A stretch of 64,000 nucleotides of DNA from an uncultured Verrucomicrobiae bacterium (GTDB lineage: Bacteria; Verrucomicrobiota; Verrucomicrobiia; Chthoniobacterales; Chthoniobacteraceae), in assembly GCA_963828525.1 (NCBI GenBank), contig CAWHEP010000009.1, forward strand, positions 64,001 through 128,000. Direction: 5' to 3'. The position numbers and the translations under genes were made by a program. The first letter of the stretch is position 1. The number at the start of each line of letters is the position of its first letter. Under the pieces are notes generated by a model, which did not search any database, was not told the origin of the DNA, and was given only the letters and a program-made list of their open reading frames with translations. This document shows, one piece after another, positions 47,364 through 57,206 of the stretch.

Positions 47364-50300
47364 CTACGGCGCGGAAACCGTCGCCGGAGCCGAGACCCCG
47401 GTGACATTTACGGCGGTCACCTGGTAGTAGTAGGTGGTGGTCGCGCTGAGGTTTTTGTCAGTGTAACCACTCTCGCCAGTCACGTTTACGTACTCGCCGG
47501 GGAAGCTGAACTGCCCGGATTGGGTGGATCGGTAGATGACATAACCTGTCGCGTCGGACACGGGCGACCAGCTCAGCGCGATGCTTGTGCCACCGGTAAG
47601 CCGGACGGCTGCCAGCAACCCGGGGGCCGAAGACGGGGCGGCGTTCAATGGAATAGCTTGTACCGAGGCAGACGCGCCGCTCGTCCCGCCTGCGCTGATC
47701 GCTTTCACGGAGTAGCTGTATGTCTTTCCGTCCGACGGGGTGGTATCCGTATAGGTCAGGCTTTTGACGTAGTCATTGAGGATGTTTGTCCTCAGCGTTA
47801 TCTCGTTTCCGGTGCCGTTGTCATACAGCGTCGAGCGAGAGACGCTATAGTAATTGGCGCCAGGCGAGGCGGACCATCCGATCGCCACGCTATGATGCCC
47901 GCTGCTCGTGACAGCTAGGCCCGTAGGAGCGGCGGGGGCGCTGGAGGAAATGCCGCCGGAAGGCATGGCCCCGGCGCTTTGCGGAGAATTCGCGCTCGTG
48001 CCAGATGGGTTGTAGGATTGCACTACGTAGTAATAGGTAGTGCCGTTCACCGCTGTTTTATCCGTGAACGTCTCGGTTCCCTGGTCGCCACCGCTGACCG
48101 GGCCGAGAACATCGCCCAATGAAACATACCCGCTCCCGGAAGTGGTGGAGCGCGAGTAATAGTACCGGGTCGCGCCTGGCACGACAGGCCAGGAGAGCAG
48201 GTTGCGATTGTTGCCCGGATAAACGGTGAGACTGGCGGGTGGCGGCGGAACGTAGCCCGATAACTCCAGCCGGAGATAGTCCAGCATGAGATATTGAGTC
48301 AGCCCCGTGGCGTTCATGTTGATCGTGAGGGTGTTCTGCCCAGCGCGCAGCATCGTAGCCGGGAAGGTGATTCGCTCATCGGAGAATGGGCCGTGGTCGC
48401 TGAAATGTATGCTGCTGTCATCCTGGTAGGCCGGGTTGTAACCGGTGGCCGTAAGCGCCACAGGAGCGGAAGTTACTCCGCTCGCGGTGCCAAGGTTTGC
48501 TCCGTTGACACTCAAAACAACGTTCCCGCCATCATCCCCGGCGCATCCCAGGTAGATCGACGCCTGCGCGCCCGCCGCGGGCGTGGTCGCCAGATTGAAC
48601 GTGATGGCGCCAGTCGCTGACTGGAAGCTTCCGGAAGTAGTTGGCAGTGAAGGCAGGACATAATTCCAGTCCTCCGCCCAGCGGCTTTGGCCGACCGTGT
48701 AGTTCATCCCGTTCGGGAAGTCCAAGGGGAACAACACCTGCATGCCCCAGACTCCGGTGGGGAAGCCCAGCTTCGGTTGCAGCTCCGGCGACCAGAAATC
48801 CTCGCCATGCCGGAACTCGTCCGCCTTGCGATCTGGATAACCAAGTTCAAACACAGTGGAGCCCACACGATTCGCGGTCCACGTGAACGTTCCGAGGTTG
48901 GTTGTGCCTCCGGCGGTGACGGAAACCGCGAAGGGAGTGGACGGAACATCGAGTTCCAATGGAGGGTTGCCTCCGGATTGATTCTGCGAGAGGAACGTGC
49001 CAGCAATGCCCTTTCCATACGCCCACAATGTATAGTTTGAACCCGCGATCACGTTCGGAAGCGTAAAGTTTCCGCCGGAGTCAGTCTGCGTCCAATACTG
49101 ATAGGGCTTGAGCCACTTTTGAAAATCATAGGTGGCGGTGCTGGTAGCAGGCTGTTCCTCGATGCCAACCCAAGTTCCCGCTACGGTAGGATTATGATCC
49201 CCCGCGTCGGAAAGGTTGATCTTTCCGGTGACCGTGCCCCGCCCGGCGGCGAGGGTATAATTCGGGTTTGAAAACCAGCTATAAGGCCATGCGGCCGCTT
49301 CTGCTTGATACTGAGCGTTGGCGTCATCGAAGAGCGCTTGCGCGGCCTGGGTTGGATCGGTAATCGTGTTTGAGACGTTATTACAGTAGATGAACCAAGG
49401 TCCGCAGGTCTTCGTCCAAATTTCTCCGGCTGCCAGGTTGCCGTCGGATCCCATTCCGAGTTCTCCCGTGAGAATCGAGTTGTTTAGCAGATTGAAAATG
49501 TATGAGCCGACATCCCGCTTCATCGGACCGCCGTCGCTAAACGTCAGATTGGTCATCATCCACTTGCCGATGTTTAGTCCGCCTGCGCCCACGCTGCTCC
49601 AGCCCCATGCCTTCTGATCCGCGTGATCCTGGGCATAAATGAACTTGTCATCAAATTTACCCGCCGCGCCACCGTTCAGATCCACGGAGATCTCATGCGG
49701 CGCGTTTGGGACGTTAACGCTGCTGTGACTGGTGGGCAGCAGGCCCACAAAGAAGTTGCGGGTGTCATCGGCGCTCAGCCAATTGTAGAGCTGCGCGACT
49801 CTTGTGATGACGCCGAAGGCCGTCACGCCGAAAGGCCCATCCTGCGCCCGATGGGTCATGATGGCTGTCGAGTAAAAGCCTGGCGAACCTCGCATCATTG
49901 AGAAATGGGTTTCCATTATCCCATTGGTGCCGGTGGCGCTCACCAGCTTCGCGTCGGCAAAATCACCGCCATTGCTAGCGGGATCAACCGCGAGGGTGTA
50001 GGTGTAGGTCGCGCTGCCATTCGTGGTGCCCAGGAAAAATCCCCCGTAGTAATATTGCCCAGTGCCGGCCAGCGTCTCCACCGTCTGGTTTGTCCCGCTG
50101 TTGTTGAACGTATATTTCAGGGAGTCCAAGCGGGACTGGGTTTTCTCCAAAATAATGGACACAACACCGTTGGCCATCGTCACGGTGCCATTGCCGTTGT
50201 CAGTCACTGTCACGTTGGGCCCAGTGCCGTTCCCGCCGCCGGCAATATTTGCAAGCGCTGGTTTCGGGATGGACAGCATTACGATAGGAAGCAGTACTGC

Positions 50301-50366
50301 CACGCGAAGTACGCGAGGGAGCACAACACTACGCCGGCCTGTACGGCCGCTTTCGACTTTGTTCAT
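47364..50366 (-). CDS. secreted polysaccharide lyase family 4 (rhamnogalacturonan lyase) with C-terminal FN3 domains
   Basis: Signal peptide; DDKF, WTKTCGPWFIYCN, WPYSW, RGTVTG, YQYWTQTDSGGNFT, GYPDRKADEF, LRAGQNTL...DYLRLE; three FN3-like repeats. Confidence 0.85.
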   Translation of the reverse strand: MNKVESGRTGRRSVVLPRVLRVAVLLPIVMLSIPKPALANIAGGGNGTGPNVTVTDNGNGTVTMANGVVSIILEKTQSRLDSLKYTFNNSGTNQTVETLAGTGQYYYGGFFLGTTNGSATYTYTLAVDPASNGGDFADAKLVSATGTNGIMETHFSMMRGSPGFYSTAIMTHRAQDGPFGVTAFGVITRVAQLYNWLSADDTRNFFVGLLPTSHSSVNVPNAPHEISVDLNGGAAGKFDDKFIYAQDHADQKAWGWSSVGAGGLNIGKWMMTNLTFSDGGPMKRDVGSYIFNLLNNSILTGELGMGSDGNLAAGEIWTKTCGPWFIYCNNVSNTITDPTQAAQALFDDANAQYQAEAAAWPYSWFSNPNYTLAAGRGTVTGKINLSDAGDHNPTVAGTWVGIEEQPATSTATYDFQKWLKPYQYWTQTDSGGNFTLPNVIAGSNYTLWAYGKGIAGTFLSQNQSGGNPPLELDVPSTPFAVSVTAGGTTNLGTFTWTANRVGSTVFELGYPDRKADEFRHGEDFWSPELQPKLGFPTGVWGMQVLFPLDFPNGMNYTVGQSRWAEDWNYVLPSLPTTSGSFQSATGAITFNLATTPAAGAQASIYLGCAGDDGGNVVLSVNGANLGTASGVTSAPVALTATGYNPAYQDDSSIHFSDHGPFSDERITFPATMLRAGQNTLTINMNATGLTQYLMLDYLRLELSGYVPPPPASLTVYPGNNRNLLSWPVVPGATRYYYSRSTTSGSGYVSLGDVLGPVSGGDQGTETFTDKTAVNGTTYYYVVQSYNPSGTSANSPQSAGAMPSGGISSSAPAAPTGLAVTSSGHHSVAIGWSASPGANYYSVSRSTLYDNGTGNEITLRTNILNDYVKSLTYTDTTPSDGKTYSYSVKAISAGGTSGASASVQAIPLNAAPSSAPGLLAAVRLTGGTSIALSWSPVSDATGYVIYRSTQSGQFSFPGEYVNVTGESGYTDKNLSATTTYYYQVTAVNVTGVSAPATVSAP

Positions 50367-50479
50367 GTTTTAGGGGGAGGGGGGTGAACGCCCAGAAGAA
50401 CGGAATGTTCAACCGAGCAGGCGCATTTAATGGGTCGCGCGGAAATAAGTAAAGTATGTATTAAATATTTCTATCACAA

Positions 50480-51850
50480 TCACTGGCGCCCGTCTGGAAG
50501 AGTGTTCACTCCGTTTGCGATGAGAGCTTCCTCGCTTCTACGCCGTCGCAACATAAACAGTCCAGCCACCCATAGGATCAACGTTCCGTAGAGGGAAATA
50601 CCAAGGTCCTTCAGAATTTCGCATCCCGGCAGCATGCCGATGATGTTTGCGAGGAGATGCGCCATGAACAAAACGAAACATCGGCGACCCACGTTGGGAA
50701 AGGCATGCCGTTCCCACCCATCAGCGACCATCGCCATTACGAGAGGCAGGGCAAACACATAGTAATGGGTGTGCGACACCGGGCTGATGGGTATCATGAT
50801 GGTCGCGAGACAGCCGAAGAAAAGCAGTTCAGTGATCGTGCTGCCAGAGCGCGAAAACCCGCCACACGCCAGCGTCGCAAGAGTGCAGACGGCGGCAAGC
50901 AGGACGTGCGTCCGGCTCACCCACGGAGCGATTTGCCGAGGCCTCCCGCCCGGGGGCGGGAATGGGTAGAGGGTATTATGCAGTATGACTTTGAAAGCCT
51001 GGTTGTCGGTTCCGTTTGCGTCCAGGATTTCACTGGCGCGGGACGCGTCCGCGCCGCCCGCCAGCGCAGGCGAGAGAAAGACATCCACAAAGTGGCGGTC
51101 TTCCTGGGCTGCGCGCCGCGCGCCATCCGCCAAAAGAGGGATTATCCCGAGACATAGCACCGTACCGCAAATGGCCCCACCGACACAGCGCCAGTCCTTT
51201 CTCCACAGTGGATAAAGGATCATGTAGCCAGGGAAGAGTTTTATGCTTGCCGCTACCCCAAGAAGCGCGCCCGGCAGCCACGCCCGGCGAGAGAATAGCA
51301 AAGCCGCCATTCCGCAGAAGAGCATCAGGACTGTAAGATTTGTCTGTCCTCTTGAAAGAGTTCGCCCGATGGAGGGCAGACAAACGAGGATCGGAATCAT
51401 TCGCAACGACCACCACCGCGCGCATCCCACCGGCATCGCGCGGACCGACGGATCCGGAGACGTTTTCTCCAGAGAGGCTGCCAATACATGCGCGCCGATC
51501 GCCATGCTCGCGACGCCCAATATATACCAGGCTGCAACCGAGATCGGATACGGGATCATCCCCGTCCGGTCTGCGCCGGGAGGCGGGTTCGCAAACGGGC
51601 GGATGAGGATGGCAAGGAACGGCGGATAGTTATAATGCCATCCGTTTGTCTCGGTGACGTCATAGATGTCCAACCCCTTGCTCTCGGCCCAAGCTGCGCG
51701 GAAGTAGCAATCCGCATCCGTCATTCGCCTTCTCAAAAAGGCCGAACGGTATTCCACGATGCCCCCGAAAAGGAACACCACGCACAAAAATGCCCATAGT
51801 CCGGCGCGCTGCCATTTGGTCGGCCAGCGAACCAAGCCGGAAGGATCCAT
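50480..51850 (-). CDS. GT87 (DUF2029) family GT-C glycosyltransferase
   Basis: DADCYFRAA, YNYPPFLA, RGQTN, IKLFP, NQA, SPVSHTHY. Confidence 0.85.
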   Translation of the reverse strand: MDPSGLVRWPTKWQRAGLWAFLCVVFLFGGIVEYRSAFLRRRMTDADCYFRAAWAESKGLDIYDVTETNGWHYNYPPFLAILIRPFANPPPGADRTGMIPYPISVAAWYILGVASMAIGAHVLAASLEKTSPDPSVRAMPVGCARWWSLRMIPILVCLPSIGRTLSRGQTNLTVLMLFCGMAALLFSRRAWLPGALLGVAASIKLFPGYMILYPLWRKDWRCVGGAICGTVLCLGIIPLLADGARRAAQEDRHFVDVFLSPALAGGADASRASEILDANGTDNQAFKVILHNTLYPFPPPGGRPRQIAPWVSRTHVLLAAVCTLATLACGGFSRSGSTITELLFFGCLATIMIPISPVSHTHYYVFALPLVMAMVADGWERHAFPNVGRRCFVLFMAHLLANIIGMLPGCEILKDLGISLYGTLILWVAGLFMLRRRRSEEALIANGVNTLPDGRQ

Positions 51851-51851
51851 G

Positions 51852-53432
51852 CTATCGCGTCGAGGCCCTGATGCGGGGTACCGGGAAGTGAAAATAATCG
51901 CTGAAATTCGTGACGTGAACTCCCCGGCTGGCTAGCAGCGCGGACAACTCGGTGCTAGTCAGCGCGTCCATCTCATCGCGGTGTTTGTATCCCCAGTCAT
52001 AGGCCTTTTCAACCGCTGGTTCTTCGCGCGGATGGCAGCATATCTCCGTCAATCCTTCTGGGAGCGCTTTGATCCTTGCCGCCATGCTGGCGGTATTCCA
52101 CGTCCCGGCATCGGCCATTCCCAGGAAATTGTCGGACCAGAGCATGTGATCATGCGCGAGCCTGCTTTTGCTTAAGCGACAAACCAGGGAGAGCGCCGCG
52201 CGAGGAAGCCAGCGCCGCATCGGCCCCCGGAAGAGGCTCAGGAACGCCCCGCGCTCATCCGGCAGCCGCACTGCGGGAATACCATGCTCCTTCGCGAGGC
52301 GCGTGACGATCTCGAGTATGGCTGGCAAGACATGGAGGTGCTGGTGGCTGTCAATGTGAGTTATACGCAGCCCCGCCTCCCGAACCTTGGATAGTTGCGC
52401 GCGGAACTCCGCTTCGATCTCGGCTACAGCGATTCTGCCCGTGACATACCGCCGCAAAAACATCCCGTAGCTTGCGTGAAGCCGACCGTCAGGGCCAGTC
52501 AGCGTGGGAACCTGGGAGGCATCACTTACCGGAGTGCCATCCACGAGAGAAAAGTGCAGGCCTAGATCGAGTGAAGGATTGTTGCGCGCGTACTCGGCAG
52601 CCTCCTCGAAGGCATCGCCGGTGCATATAAGGCTCGCCGCCCGCACCAGGCCGTCCTGGTGACTCGCCATGACCCCCCGGTTTATACTGGCGCACAGGCC
52701 AAAATCATCGGCATTGAAGATGACCTCCCTTCGCACTTGCTTCTCCTTTGCCCGGCTCGCGCGTCGATAACGAATCAGTTCCGCGAGCAGCTTTGGGATC
52801 ACACGGGGCCCGCCGATAGTGGAGACGCCTGCCTGGCGGAGTTGGTAGACGAATCCCGCCTCGCGGATGCGATAACCACGGCGTCGCGCTTCCAAAATCA
52901 TCTCCGCGTCGATGAAGGATCCTTCGGACTGCAGCGGCGTCTCAACCAACTCGCGCTTGAAGAGTTTGAAGGCAAAGTTGGCATCCCGCACTCTTAGCCC
53001 GAACACGGCGCGAAGCAGGAGATTGTAGCAGAGCGACTGCGCGTCTCGGAATTTGTTTTCAGCGCCGCCGATCCGGTAGCCGATCACCATGTCCAATTCG
53101 CTCGGAGCGCCACGCAGAAATTCCTCCACATCGTCAAACGCCACTGGAATATCCGAATCCATGTAGAGGATGTAGTCCATTTTGGCAGCGGCGAAGCCCG
53201 TTTTCAACGCGCCCCCCAGCTTTCTGTTCCTGCTGTGGCGGATCACTCGCAACTCGGGAATCGTGGACTTCAGACTTTCAACCAGTTCGCCACTGCCGTC
53301 CGTGCTGCAATCATCCACGACGATGATCTCGAACTCCGACAGGGTACGCGCCGCGATCTCGCGCGTTGATCGCGTCATCTTCTCGATGTTCCCAATTTCG
53401 TTGTACATCGGGTAAACAAAAGAGAGTCTCAT
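51852..53432 (-). CDS. fusion: GT2 polyprenol-phosphate glycosyltransferase + YdjC/ChbG/HpnK-family deacetylase
   Basis: N-half PMYNE, VDDCSTDGS, GGALKTG, YMDSD, RDANFAFKLF; C-half IFNADDFG, LGLHF, HIDSHQHLH, EICCHP; one uninterrupted ORF from ATG 53432. Confidence 0.9.
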   Translation of the reverse strand: MRLSFVYPMYNEIGNIEKMTRSTREIAARTLSEFEIIVVDDCSTDGSGELVESLKSTIPELRVIRHSRNRKLGGALKTGFAAAKMDYILYMDSDIPVAFDDVEEFLRGAPSELDMVIGYRIGGAENKFRDAQSLCYNLLLRAVFGLRVRDANFAFKLFKRELVETPLQSEGSFIDAEMILEARRRGYRIREAGFVYQLRQAGVSTIGGPRVIPKLLAELIRYRRASRAKEKQVRREVIFNADDFGLCASINRGVMASHQDGLVRAASLICTGDAFEEAAEYARNNPSLDLGLHFSLVDGTPVSDASQVPTLTGPDGRLHASYGMFLRRYVTGRIAVAEIEAEFRAQLSKVREAGLRITHIDSHQHLHVLPAILEIVTRLAKEHGIPAVRLPDERGAFLSLFRGPMRRWLPRAALSLVCRLSKSRLAHDHMLWSDNFLGMADAGTWNTASMAARIKALPEGLTEICCHPREEPAVEKAYDWGYKHRDEMDALTSTELSALLASRGVHVTNFSDYFHFPVPRIRASTR

Positions 53433-53519
53433 TGCTGTGGAATCGTGTAGCCGCCCGGCGGCGCAACAGCAAGCCAAGTTAATCGCCGCCGCCATGAGGC
53501 TGCGCGGCGCAGGTTCAGC

Positions 53520-54779
53520 TTATTCCCTTAACGGGTCCCTGGTCGCGAGGATGATCCCGAGAAGGGCCAGAAGACAAAACGTCACTGGGTGATAGCTCTC
53601 AAGGACAAGGGACGCGTCGTGCCCAATGATCGAGCGATTCCCGAGAATGAGCGTGAAAGCGACGCACCCTATAATCACCTTGCACCAAGGCTGCATCCGC
53701 CCGCGATAAACGCCCCGACGCAGGATGAAATAAAGCGCGGGGATTGCCGCCACGCAGTGCTGGCCCCAAGTGATGGGAGAGTAGAGCAGACCCAAGAGCG
53801 ACACACCCCCACACTGCCACGCCGTGTCCATGCGACCTTCAACATTCGCGCCCCCCGCAAATCGCCACACCACAAAAACTAAAAGCAACAGCAGCGCCCC
53901 TTTGATGAGAGCGCCCGCGACGTTCGGGGGTAACGAAAGGAAGTCTACATAGGCGGCCGAATTTACGCGCCCGGGGTGACCCTCTGGCAGGCGAGTGAGA
54001 TAGCGCGCCAGCACGGGCCGTAGCGATTTGTTCTGCAATTCCTCTGGGCCCAGGATGCCGACGGCCGGATCCGGCTGCGTCACGCCACGCGCGACCGTTC
54101 CCAGCCATGCCTTCATCTCGACAGTGTAGGACGATCCCCGGATGGCTGGCGCAAGCGTGAAGAGAACAGCGAAAAGCGCCGCCGCAATCGCGAATTTCCA
54201 CTGCTGCTTCCAGGCAAAATAGAGAATAAAAAGCGCTGGCGTGCATTTCAGGGCTGTCGCAAAACCAAGGCTCAATCCGCCCAGCACCGGCTTGCCTTTA
54301 AACCAGAGATAGATGGCGCCCCATGTGAGGCCGAGAAGAATGAGGTTCTGCCCCCCGTCATCGAAGTCCCGGAGAACAAAGCGGCTCATAATCAGCAGCG
54401 CGCCAGCAGCCACCCAAAACGCGCGCTCCGGCGAAAGCGCGAACGCGCGTCTGGAGAGCAAACTCAGCACCCGCAGCACTATCAACAAAGCGCAGGTTCC
54501 AAGCAGGAAGAAAATCGGCTTTGCAACACGCAGCGGCAGCAGGGAAAGCGGAGCGCTCGCCATCGCGAAGAAAGGCGGATAAGGGAGATCAAGCCCGTTG
54601 GCATACAATGGTTCGCCAAGGCGGAATCTCCGACCCAGTTCCCAGTGGATCGAGAAATCCCCCCGCGGTTTCAGCATCGTGGAAATCCATTGCGCCAGGA
54701 GGAACGCGCTTCCAATGGAGATGGCGACCCACTGCCGCCAATCTGATAGATGTTTGCCGTCTGGCCCGGATTTCTCCAT
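53520..54779 (-). CDS. GT87 (DUF2029) family GT-C glycosyltransferase
   Basis: GDFSIH, YPPFFA, GGQN, LKCTP, QNKSL, SPITWGQH. Confidence 0.83.
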   Translation of the reverse strand: MEKSGPDGKHLSDWRQWVAISIGSAFLLAQWISTMLKPRGDFSIHWELGRRFRLGEPLYANGLDLPYPPFFAMASAPLSLLPLRVAKPIFFLLGTCALLIVLRVLSLLSRRAFALSPERAFWVAAGALLIMSRFVLRDFDDGGQNLILLGLTWGAIYLWFKGKPVLGGLSLGFATALKCTPALFILYFAWKQQWKFAIAAALFAVLFTLAPAIRGSSYTVEMKAWLGTVARGVTQPDPAVGILGPEELQNKSLRPVLARYLTRLPEGHPGRVNSAAYVDFLSLPPNVAGALIKGALLLLLVFVVWRFAGGANVEGRMDTAWQCGGVSLLGLLYSPITWGQHCVAAIPALYFILRRGVYRGRMQPWCKVIIGCVAFTLILGNRSIIGHDASLVLESYHPVTFCLLALLGIILATRDPLRE

Positions 54780-54822
54780 ACATCCAGACATGCCCGACTC
54801 GATGGGAATGACAAGACCCGAA

Positions 54823-56466
54823 ATGAATCAAGCGCGGCTGAGCGGAGGCGACTGGGGCTGGCTTCTGACGCTGGGGGTGATCACCAGCGCCATTTGCATG
54901 GCTGAGGCGCGCTTGCTCAGCGCCACTTTCGACGAGCCTGTTTACATCCGCTGTGGTCTCGAGCATTGGTTTACCGGCAGCTACAAACAACTGATGAGGC
55001 TGGGCACCATGCCTTTGCCAGCCGACGCGCAGACACTGCCTATTTACCTTTTGGAACGACTGCGTGGCGCCACGCTTGATTTTTCCACCTCACTACGATG
55101 GGCGCGCGCTGGTTCGCTGCTGTTTTGGTGGGCCCTCCTGTTCTATGCGATGCGCTCTGGCCGCGCACTTGGGGGTATCTGGGGCGGGAGGCTCGCCGCA
55201 ACCCTCATCGCCTCTGAGCCGGTGCTGCTCGGCCACGCTGGTCTCGCCACCACAGATATAGCCGTGACCGCGTGTCTGCTCGCTCTCGGTTGCGAGTTTG
55301 AAGCGCATCGCGGAAGCAGGTGGGCGCTCCGGGTGGCGCTTCCGGCCCTCCTGTATGGCCTCTCGATACTGGCGAAAGCCTCCGGGCTTGTTTTCGGTCC
55401 TGTTTGCCTCCTGGTGATTCATCTGCAACGCCGAGTTCTTCGAAGGGAAGCGGAATCCATTAGCCAGATGGAAGATCTCACGGGCTTTGTGAGGAGGGAC
55501 GGTCTGCAGATCGTCGCCATCGGACTGGCATTCGTGTTTGTCTATTGCGGGAGTGATCTGACCCGTGAGCCGACATTCGTGGATTGGGCGCGATCGCTGC
55601 CGGCCGGATTCTGGCACGAAGTGATGACCAGGATCGCAAACCATCTCCTTATCTTTACAAACGCCGGAGAGGGTCTCGCGCAGCAGATCAAACATAATAT
55701 CCGCGGCGCCGACACGTATCTCCTGGGCGCCGAATACCAACGCGGTGTCTGGTTCTATTTTCCCCTGGCGCTTTCCATGAAGGCAAGCGTTACGATGCTG
55801 ACGACGCCCTTCGCGATTCTGTTTACGCGCCCGCGCTCACTGCTCAATTGGCCCTGCGTGGTCGCGGCTGCCCTCCTGCTCTACAGCCTCACCTGCCGCG
55901 TGCAGATCGGCATCCGATTCATGTTCCCTTTGTTTGCTTTTGCAAGTGTTGGGCTTGGCGCGGCATTCGCGGCGGCGTTCCAAAGCGCCAGCGCTCAGGC
56001 TCGGGCCGGGATGCTCGCGTTGCTGCTCGCCGGATTTGCCATGACAGCATTTGAGGCATTCAGGATTTGGCCCGAGGAGATCTGCTATACAAATCCATTT
56101 TGGGGAGGAACGGAGGGAGCGTATCGGCTGCTGAGTGATTCCAACTACGATTGGGGCCAAGGTCTGGAAGACCTGCGGCGCTGGCAGCGGCGCCACTCGC
56201 CCGGGATCGTGGATGTCTGGTATTTCGGAACCGATCCGTCAGTGGCAATCCCGCCGCTTCGCGAGTTGCCATTGCATCGAATAGGCGCGTCAATCGAAGA
56301 GGCTGTAAAAGGCCGGGTCGTAGCGGTCAGCGCAACGCTGCTATATGGCGCGTACTCTCAGGGAGCCGGGTCGGAGGCGGTTTCTTTCTTCCGCGCGCGC
56401 AAACCAAGTGATCGGACGATGACGTTTTTCATCTTTGATTTCAGGAGCCCGATCCCGCCTCAATAA
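54823..56466 (+). CDS. ArnT/PMT-like (GT39/GT83) membrane glycosyltransferase
   Basis: SATFDEPVY, HAGLATTD, LAKASG, WFYFPLAL..K, QIGIRF, LSDSNYDWGQGL; start uncertain (54790-54823). Confidence 0.8.
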   Translation: MNQARLSGGDWGWLLTLGVITSAICMAEARLLSATFDEPVYIRCGLEHWFTGSYKQLMRLGTMPLPADAQTLPIYLLERLRGATLDFSTSLRWARAGSLLFWWALLFYAMRSGRALGGIWGGRLAATLIASEPVLLGHAGLATTDIAVTACLLALGCEFEAHRGSRWALRVALPALLYGLSILAKASGLVFGPVCLLVIHLQRRVLRREAESISQMEDLTGFVRRDGLQIVAIGLAFVFVYCGSDLTREPTFVDWARSLPAGFWHEVMTRIANHLLIFTNAGEGLAQQIKHNIRGADTYLLGAEYQRGVWFYFPLALSMKASVTMLTTPFAILFTRPRSLLNWPCVVAAALLLYSLTCRVQIGIRFMFPLFAFASVGLGAAFAAAFQSASAQARAGMLALLLAGFAMTAFEAFRIWPEEICYTNPFWGGTEGAYRLLSDSNYDWGQGLEDLRRWQRRHSPGIVDVWYFGTDPSVAIPPLRELPLHRIGASIEEAVKGRVVAVSATLLYGAYSQGAGSEAVSFFRARKPSDRTMTFFIFDFRSPIPPQ

Positions 56467-57203
56467 TCAAGGTCATACATCCGGCGAAGCAGAGCGCGCA
56501 GCGGCTCCGCGTAGTTATCGCGCGTGATGCCTGAAGCGGTTTCGCTTGCCACCTCGCCTTCATTTTTTTTCAACCGCGTGGAATACCACGCGTGGAAAAC
56601 ACCCGCCGAAATTGTCGGGAACGAGGGATTACCAACCGAGAACGCTTTCGCGAATTGAAGCGGATGAGGAAGAACATCCAGCCCCTCGCTGAGGATGCGA
56701 ATGGTGGATTCCTCCCCCGTATCCGTGTCGCGGCCAGGCAGTTTCCTCAGCACGACGCGAGTGCCCAAGTCCGACTTCATAAAGGCCATGAAGTGGGGGT
56801 GTATATACCAGCCATGTGGATTGTCGCGCCGCGGCGTGTGGAATTGAGCCCCCGCAAGCCTGCACTTCTCGTCAAGCCGATCCGCCGTAAGGCGCAGCCA
56901 GTCCTCTGAAATCGGGTGAGCGTCCGAGTCCAGAAGTACGATTCGGTCAAAGACCGCCTTCTCGATCCCAGACTCCGCCGCTTCCCCGTGCGAGTGCTTC
57001 CGCCGCCACTGCCGTTTTATCACGATATCAACATCCGGTTGGGCGCGCAGCCACTCAACGGTGCCGTCCCGGCTCCCGCGATCCACCACGATGATCTGGT
57101 AATCCCGCTGACCGACAAAGGCCCGGGTTTTTTCGACGAGCAACCGCGTGTAAAAGAAACTGTCGTAAGCAACGGTGACAACAGTAACAGGCGGCATCGA
57201 CAT
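56460..57203 (-). CDS. GT2 family glycosyltransferase
   Basis: VTVVTVAYD, IIVVDRGSRDGT, LLDSDA (DxD). Confidence 0.8.
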   Translation of the reverse strand: MSMPPVTVVTVAYDSFFYTRLLVEKTRAFVGQRDYQIIVVDRGSRDGTVEWLRAQPDVDIVIKRQWRRKHSHGEAAESGIEKAVFDRIVLLDSDAHPISEDWLRLTADRLDEKCRLAGAQFHTPRRDNPHGWYIHPHFMAFMKSDLGTRVVLRKLPGRDTDTGEESTIRILSEGLDVLPHPLQFAKAFSVGNPSFPTISAGVFHAWYSTRLKKNEGEVASETASGITRDNYAEPLRALLRRMYDLDY

Positions 57204-57206
57204 GTA

